Positions 58,704 through 64,000 of a stretch of 64,000 bases of DNA are shown here, piece after piece. The notes under the pieces are model-generated. The model saw nothing but the letters and a program-made list of their open reading frames with translations. It was not told the origin of the DNA and ran no database searches. The stretch lies in contig JACPYS010000064.1 of the NCBI GenBank assembly GCA_016195915.1, forward strand, positions 25 to 64,024, in the 5' to 3' direction. Both the position numbers and the translations under genes were made by a program. The DNA is from Betaproteobacteria bacterium (GTDB lineage Bacteria > Pseudomonadota > Gammaproteobacteria > Burkholderiales > SG8-39). Numbering within the stretch: position 1 is the stretch's first letter; every line of letters begins with the position of its first letter.

Positions 58704-59462
58704 TCACAGGCAGAGCGAGAACAGTTCCGCCTGGCTGCTCACGCCGAGACGGGCGTAGGCACGCTTGCGGTAGGTGAGCACCGTATTGAGGCCGATGCCG
58801 AGGTCGAGCGCGATGCCCTCCGAAGTGACTCCGAGCAGGACTCGGGCGAGTACGTCGCGCTCGCGCATCGTCAGGCGGCCGTCGAGCGCATGCAGGCGGG
58901 CGGCGAGGGCGGCGACGCGATCGCCACGGTCGCGTGAACGCAGCAGCATGCCTAGCGTGCCTACGTGCTTGACGGCGAGTGCGGCGAGAAAGCGCGACAG
59001 CCCCTCGATCGCCGCTATTTCCTCCGGGGCGAAGGGACCGCCTGCCTCGAGCCGGTACAGATTGAGCAGGACCAGCGGTCCCCCGTCAGCCGACGCCACG
59101 GTAACCCGCTCGATCAACCCCGCGCGCGCGTAACACGCCTTGCGGTAGTCGCCGTCCGAAATCGCCTCGCGCCGCAGGTGGGCAACCGTAACACCGGGCC
59201 GGGCAGGGAGGTTCAGGTTGGGATCAAAGCGATACAGGCCGTCGAGGTAAGCGCGCTGCACCTCTGCGACGTTCTTCCCGCCGCGCCAACTGGCCGATTC
59301 GAGCACCGGCGGCCGCGAGCGATCCGCGACGCGCATCAGGCAAACGTGATCGACCGGCACCGTCCGGTTGAGCGCCGCGACCATCTCGCGCGCGAAGTCC
59401 ACGTGCCCGAGGGCCGCAATCACGGGCGCGAACGCATCGGGCGCGGGCACAGGGCGATCCAT
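58704..59462 (-). CDS. LuxR-family transcriptional regulator
   Basis: 252 aa. C-terminal GerE/LuxR HTH (LTMRERDVLARVLLGVTSEGIALDLGIGLNTVLTYRKRAYARLGV). The N-terminal region with YLDGLYRFDP resembles ligand-binding LuxR-type modules. Confidence 0.8.
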   Translation of the reverse strand: MDRPVPAPDAFAPVIAALGHVDFAREMVAALNRTVPVDHVCLMRVADRSRPPVLESASWRGGKNVAEVQRAYLDGLYRFDPNLNLPARPGVTVAHLRREAISDGDYRKACYARAGLIERVTVASADGGPLVLLNLYRLEAGGPFAPEEIAAIEGLSRFLAALAVKHVGTLGMLLRSRDRGDRVAALAARLHALDGRLTMRERDVLARVLLGVTSEGIALDLGIGLNTVLTYRKRAYARLGVSSQAELFSLCL

Positions 59463-59505
59463 CGCGTGGCATTATAGGAGGACAACCCACCCGTAAAGGA
59501 CTTCC

Positions 59506-59832
59506 ATGATCTACGAAATGCGTGTCTACCACTGTGTGCCGGGACGCTTGCCGGACCTCAACAAGAGCTTCGAGACGATCACCTTGAAGCTCTGGGAGCG
59601 CCATGGCTTCCGTCCGGTGGGCTTCTGGACCGTGCTGGTCGGGGAAAGCAGCCAGGACCTGATCTATCTGCTCGAATGGAAGGACATGGCCGAGCGCGAG
59701 CGGGTCTTCGGCGGCTTCATGGCCGATCCGGAATGGCAGAAAAAACGCGCAGAGACGGAGAAGAACGGCCCGATCGTGGCGTCGATCAGCAACAGTTTTC
59801 TCACACCGACGGCCTACTCGAAGATGAAGTAA
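59506..59832 (+). CDS. NIPSNAP-family protein
   Basis: 108 aa. MIYEMRVYHCVPGRLPDLNKSFE...LIYLLEWKDMAERERVF is the typical NIPSNAP pattern. Confidence 0.8.
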   Translation: MIYEMRVYHCVPGRLPDLNKSFETITLKLWERHGFRPVGFWTVLVGESSQDLIYLLEWKDMAERERVFGGFMADPEWQKKRAETEKNGPIVASISNSFLTPTAYSKMK

Positions 59833-59848
59833 CCCCGGGGCATGTGCA

Positions 59849-60552
<704 letters not shown>

Positions 60553-60553
<1 letters not shown>

Positions 60554-61278
60554 CAGACCTCCACTTCCTCGCCAAGATAGCACTCGAGCACGGCGGGATC
60601 CCGGACCACTTCGGCGGGCGCGCCGCGGGCAACGATTTCGCCGTGGTGCAGCACCACGATGTGCTGCGCGAGCGCCATGACCGCCCGCATCACGTGTTCG
60701 ATCAACAGGATGGTGAGGCCATCGCGCGCGTTCAACTCGCGGAACACTTCGACCATCTGGTCGCACTCGGTCGGGCGCAGCCCGGCCATCACCTCGTCGA
60801 GCAATAACAGCCGCGGCCGCGTGGCGAGGGCGCGCGCAACTTCGAGCCGTTTGCGGTCGGGCAGGGTGAGCGAGGAGGCCGGAGAATCGCGTTTCGCGCC
60901 CAGGCCCAGCGGCTCGAGCACGCGCAACGCGAGGACGCGCGCTTCGCTCACGCCCCCGCAACGCTGCAGCGCGCCGACGATCACGTTGTCGAGCACCGAA
61001 AGGCCGGCAAAAGGCTTGACGATCTGGAACGTGCGCCCGATGCCGGCTGCGCAGATCTGGTCGGGCCGCAGTCGGTCGATGCGCTTGCCGGCGAACCGGA
61101 TTTCCCCGGCGTCGGGCGCGCACACCCCGGCTGCCATGTTGAAGATGGTGGTCTTGCCGGCGCCGTTCGGCCCGATCAGCGCGAGGATGGCGCCCTGCTC
61201 GACCACGAGCGAGGCATTGGTCACTGCACGCAGGCCGCGGAAGGACTTGGACAGGCCCGAGATTTCGAGCAGGGCCAT
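60553..61278 (-). CDS. livG: Branched-chain amino acid-type ABC transporter ATPase LivG
   Basis: 241 aa from MALLEISGLSKSF. Walker A GPNGAGKTT. Walker B LLLLDEVMAG. 1-nt stop/start overlaps on both sides. Confidence 0.92.
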
Positions 61279-62255
61279 CAGCCGTGCCTCGAGAGGCCGA
61301 GCTTGCGCGAGAGCGTCGGCCAGATTCCGTTGGGTAGAAACATCACGACCACCAGCAACACGATGCCGTAGAACACCTGCTTCACACCGGGAATCTCGAC
61401 GCCGAATGCCGACATCAGCTCGGTGATGCCGTCGGCGAGCAGCGTCAGCACGGCGGCGCCCAGGATCGGGCCGAACAGCGTGCCGATCCCGCCGATGATC
61501 GGGCCGAGGATGATTTCGATCGAGCGGCTCATGTTGAATATCTGCTCGGGGAACAGGTTGTTGTAGTAGAAGGCGAAGAACACGCCCGATACCGCGGTCA
61601 TCGCGGCGGAGATGAGCACCGCAAGCATTTTGTAGCGGAAGGTGTTGATGCCGAGCGCCTGCGCGGCTTCCTCGTTTTCGCGGATCGCCTGCCAGTAGTA
61701 ACCGAGGCGGCTCTTGAGCAGGAAGCTGCACAGCGCAAACGCTCCCGCGGCGAGCGCGAGCATCACGTAGTAGAACATCACCGGGGAACCGCGCAGATTG
61801 AAGACGTCGTTCAGATCGCGGCGCGTGACCGGAAGGAAAAACCCGCCCGAGCTGCCGACCCAGTCGAAATGATCGAACCCGATGCGGGTGAACTCGGAGA
61901 ACGCGATCGTGAGAAGGGCGAAGTAGACCCCGCCGATGCCGAAGCGGAATGCGAGGAAACCGATCGCGGCCCCCGCCAGGACGCAAACCACGATGGCCAG
62001 CCACAGCCCGGCCCAGGGACCGATGCCGAAGTGCACGTAGAGTGCGGCGGCAGCGTAGGCGCCCAGTCCGACATACAGGGAGTGCCCGAGCGAAAGCTGC
62101 CCGCAGAAGCCCATCATCACGTTCCACGCCTGGCCGGTATAGGCGAAAAACAGGATCAGGACGGCCACCGACAGGACGTAGTTGTTTGCAAACGCCGGCA
62201 GCGCGACAAGCATCGTGGCCAGCACGATCAGCAGGGCGAGCGCGCGGGCGTTCAT
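61278..62255 (-). CDS. livM: ABC transporter permease LivM
   Basis: 325 aa from MNARALALL. Polytopic. GQLSLGHSLYVGLGAY and YWQAIRENEEAAQALGIN are typical of LivM. Confidence 0.9.
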   Translation of the reverse strand: MNARALALLIVLATMLVALPAFANNYVLSVAVLILFFAYTGQAWNVMMGFCGQLSLGHSLYVGLGAYAAAALYVHFGIGPWAGLWLAIVVCVLAGAAIGFLAFRFGIGGVYFALLTIAFSEFTRIGFDHFDWVGSSGGFFLPVTRRDLNDVFNLRGSPVMFYYVMLALAAGAFALCSFLLKSRLGYYWQAIRENEEAAQALGINTFRYKMLAVLISAAMTAVSGVFFAFYYNNLFPEQIFNMSRSIEIILGPIIGGIGTLFGPILGAAVLTLLADGITELMSAFGVEIPGVKQVFYGIVLLVVVMFLPNGIWPTLSRKLGLSRHG

Positions 62256-63118
62256 CTGCGGCCGAGCAGGCCCTGCGGCCGGAACAGCAGCACCAGAATC
62301 AGCAGCGCGAAACTGACCATGCTCTTGGCCGACGGCGTGATGAACAGCCCCGCAAGCGCTTCGGACAGGCCGATCAGCACGCCCCCGAGAAGTGCCCCGG
62401 TCATCGAGCCCAGCCCGCCGACGATCACGATCACGAAAGCGAGCAATGTATAGCCCGGGCCGAGCACCGGCGTCACGTCCACCAGCAGCACCATCATGCA
62501 CCCCGCGGCCGCCACACAGGCCGAGCCCAGGCCGAAGGTAAGCGCGTAGAGGTGCTTCACATCCAGGCCGACGACCTTCGCGCCGAGGTAATTGTCGGCA
62601 CAAGCGCGAATCGCTTTGCCGGAACGCGAAAACTTGAAAAACGCAAACAGCAGCGCGCTCACTGCCACGGCGGCTGCGCCGGAGTAAACGCGCGCCTTGT
62701 CGAACAGGATCGGCCCGAGGGCGAAGGACTCGAGCTGGTAGTCGACCTGCACGGTGCGCGCGTTCGGGCCGAACACCATCAGCAGGCCGTTCACCATGAT
62801 GATCGCCACCGCCACCAGAAGCATGAATTGCGAGTGCTCGGGCCGCGTGATGAACGGGTTGATCAGGCCGGCCTGCATCGCATAACCGAGCGCGAAAAAC
62901 GCGAGCGCGACGGGAACGATGGCGATGAAGGGATCCAGTTGCCACTGCGAGAACAGCACTACCGCGGCATACATGGCGATAGTCATCATCTCGCCATGCG
63001 CGAAATTCACCACACGCACCACCCCGAAGATCACGGACAGACCGAGCGCCATCAGGCCGTAGACCAGTCCCGTGAGGACACCGGCGATGACGACGTTGGT
63101 GATGAGTTCGATCGGCAT
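62252..63118 (-). CDS. livH: ABC transporter permease LivH
   Basis: 288 aa. Polytopic. GLSVIFGVVRVVNFAHGE motif. ATGA overlap with livM. Confidence 0.9.
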   Translation of the reverse strand: MPIELITNVVIAGVLTGLVYGLMALGLSVIFGVVRVVNFAHGEMMTIAMYAAVVLFSQWQLDPFIAIVPVALAFFALGYAMQAGLINPFITRPEHSQFMLLVAVAIIMVNGLLMVFGPNARTVQVDYQLESFALGPILFDKARVYSGAAAVAVSALLFAFFKFSRSGKAIRACADNYLGAKVVGLDVKHLYALTFGLGSACVAAAGCMMVLLVDVTPVLGPGYTLLAFVIVIVGGLGSMTGALLGGVLIGLSEALAGLFITPSAKSMVSFALLILVLLFRPQGLLGRR

Positions 63119-63170
63119 GACGTGAAAAGGGGCCGGGTTGGCCGGCCCCCAGGTCGATGGTTTCCTGAGC

Positions 63171-64000
63171 CTAGGTCCGCTTGTAGTCCGGGGAAGGGAA
63201 CACCACCTTCGCCTCTGCGTATTCGGACGGCAGCGTCACGGTCGGCTTGCCCTTGAGGTTCTGGATCGCGGCGGAAAGATTGCCCTCCACCTGACCTTTC
63301 GGATTGAAACGGATCGGGCCGCCGAGCGACATCCGGTTCGCAACCGGGATGTTGGTCTGCCGGATTGCCTCGGCGAGCGCCTTGGGATCGGTGCTGCGCG
63401 CGCGCTTGAAGGCATCGGCCGCGATCATGATCGCGTCGAACGTATAGCCGACGTTGGTGCCGTGGAAGTCGAGCACTTCCTTCGGATTGTTCTTGCGGAA
63501 AGCGGCGCTGACAATCCGGGTCATCTCGGATTTCGGGTTGAACCAGACCGTGTTGCAGATCGCGTACTCGGCGAGCGGCCCGAGCGCCTTGGTGTACTGT
63601 TCCTCGTACAGACCGGGCGATCCCGGGCTGATGATGCCCATCGGGTTCCAGCGCTGCTTGGCCATCTCTCGCCGCAGGATGATGGCGTCGTTCAGCCGGC
63701 ACACCAGCATCAGGAAATCGGCATTCGCCGCCTTGGCCTTCGACACTTCCACGCTGAGGTCCCTGGCCGCCGGGTCGTAGGCGATGGTGTCCAACACTTT
63801 GAACGGCAGAAAATCGAGGCGCGGCAGGATTGCGCCGACCCCCTTGGCCATCGCCTGGCCGAACGTGTCGTTGACGTGCATGAATACCGCGCTGCGCGGT
63901 ACTGTGTTGGTCACGCGGAAAATGTCGCCCATCAGGGCCAGTCCGTTGCGCGTCAGGTCGATCGCGGTCGGGAAGTTGCGGAACACGAACTTGTAACCCT
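63171..64000 (-). CDS. LivK-type periplasmic substrate-binding protein (5' part lies beyond the window)
   Basis: The ORF is open to the window edge. Type-I periplasmic binding-protein pattern (FKFVFRNFPT..., ...PIRFNPKGQVEGN). Heads the livHMGF genes. Confidence 0.85.
   Translation of the reverse strand, partial: GYKFVFRNFPTAIDLTRNGLALMGDIFRVTNTVPRSAVFMHVNDTFGQAMAKGVGAILPRLDFLPFKVLDTIAYDPAARDLSVEVSKAKAANADFLMLVCRLNDAIILRREMAKQRWNPMGIISPGSPGLYEEQYTKALGPLAEYAICNTVWFNPKSEMTRIVSAAFRKNNPKEVLDFHGTNVGYTFDAIMIAADAFKRARSTDPKALAEAIRQTNIPVANRMSLGGPIRFNPKGQVEGNLSAAIQNLKGKPTVTLPSEYAEAKVVFPSPDYKRT

Overview
GC-rich (roughly two-thirds G+C by eye) proteobacterial chromosome segment, probably a betaproteobacterium; the many Bug-family, PAS and GGDEF genes support this only weakly. 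All calls rest on motif reading of the ORF track and the DNA; no database search was run.

Gene content, left to right:
- 55-7465: flagellar rod/ring/hook-associated operon flgFGHIJKL.
- 7.5-35 kb: a very dense signalling region. It holds a GGDEF cyclase, five large PAS-rich histidine kinases, a NarL-type two-component pair, an orphan MCP, and three adjacent c-di-GMP turnover proteins (EAL-HDOD, HDOD-REC-GGDEF, REC-GGDEF*-EAL).
- Within that region: two type II toxin-antitoxin cassettes (RHH/PIN at 9.4-10.1 kb; Phd/ParE-RelE at 14.6-15.2 kb).
- 35.4-47.4 kb, minus strand: a 12-gene chemosensory operon, cheY-mcp-STAS-cheA-mcp-cheW-sCache-mcp-cheR-cheB-cheD-HDOD.
- 47.6-51.9 kb: another giant Cache/PAS/GAF hybrid kinase.
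- 52-58.6 kb: a catabolic-looking operon with LuxR regulator, 2x[4Fe-4S] ferredoxin, two tandem AprA/Frd-like flavoproteins, Bug binding protein and Rieske oxygenase.
- 59.5-64 kb: a NIPSNAP gene and a livKHMGF-type ABC importer, partial at the window end.

No rRNA, tRNA, CRISPR array, transposase or integrase was seen.

Most interesting observations:
1. The chemosensory operon is non-canonical. It embeds STAS, a secreted orphan Cache protein and HDOD, and two of its MCPs carry variant C-terminal tethers.
2. Both TA cassettes are bracketed by direct repeats that duplicate the 3' end of the adjacent signalling gene, an integration-scar signature.
3. The AprBA-like ferredoxin/flavoprotein module has a tandemly duplicated flavoprotein.
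4. A PAS module carrying the SSDWYWEQD-type motif is amplified within and between five kinase genes.
5. The cheY/kinase divergent intergenic region carries sigma54-like and sigma28-like promoter matches.
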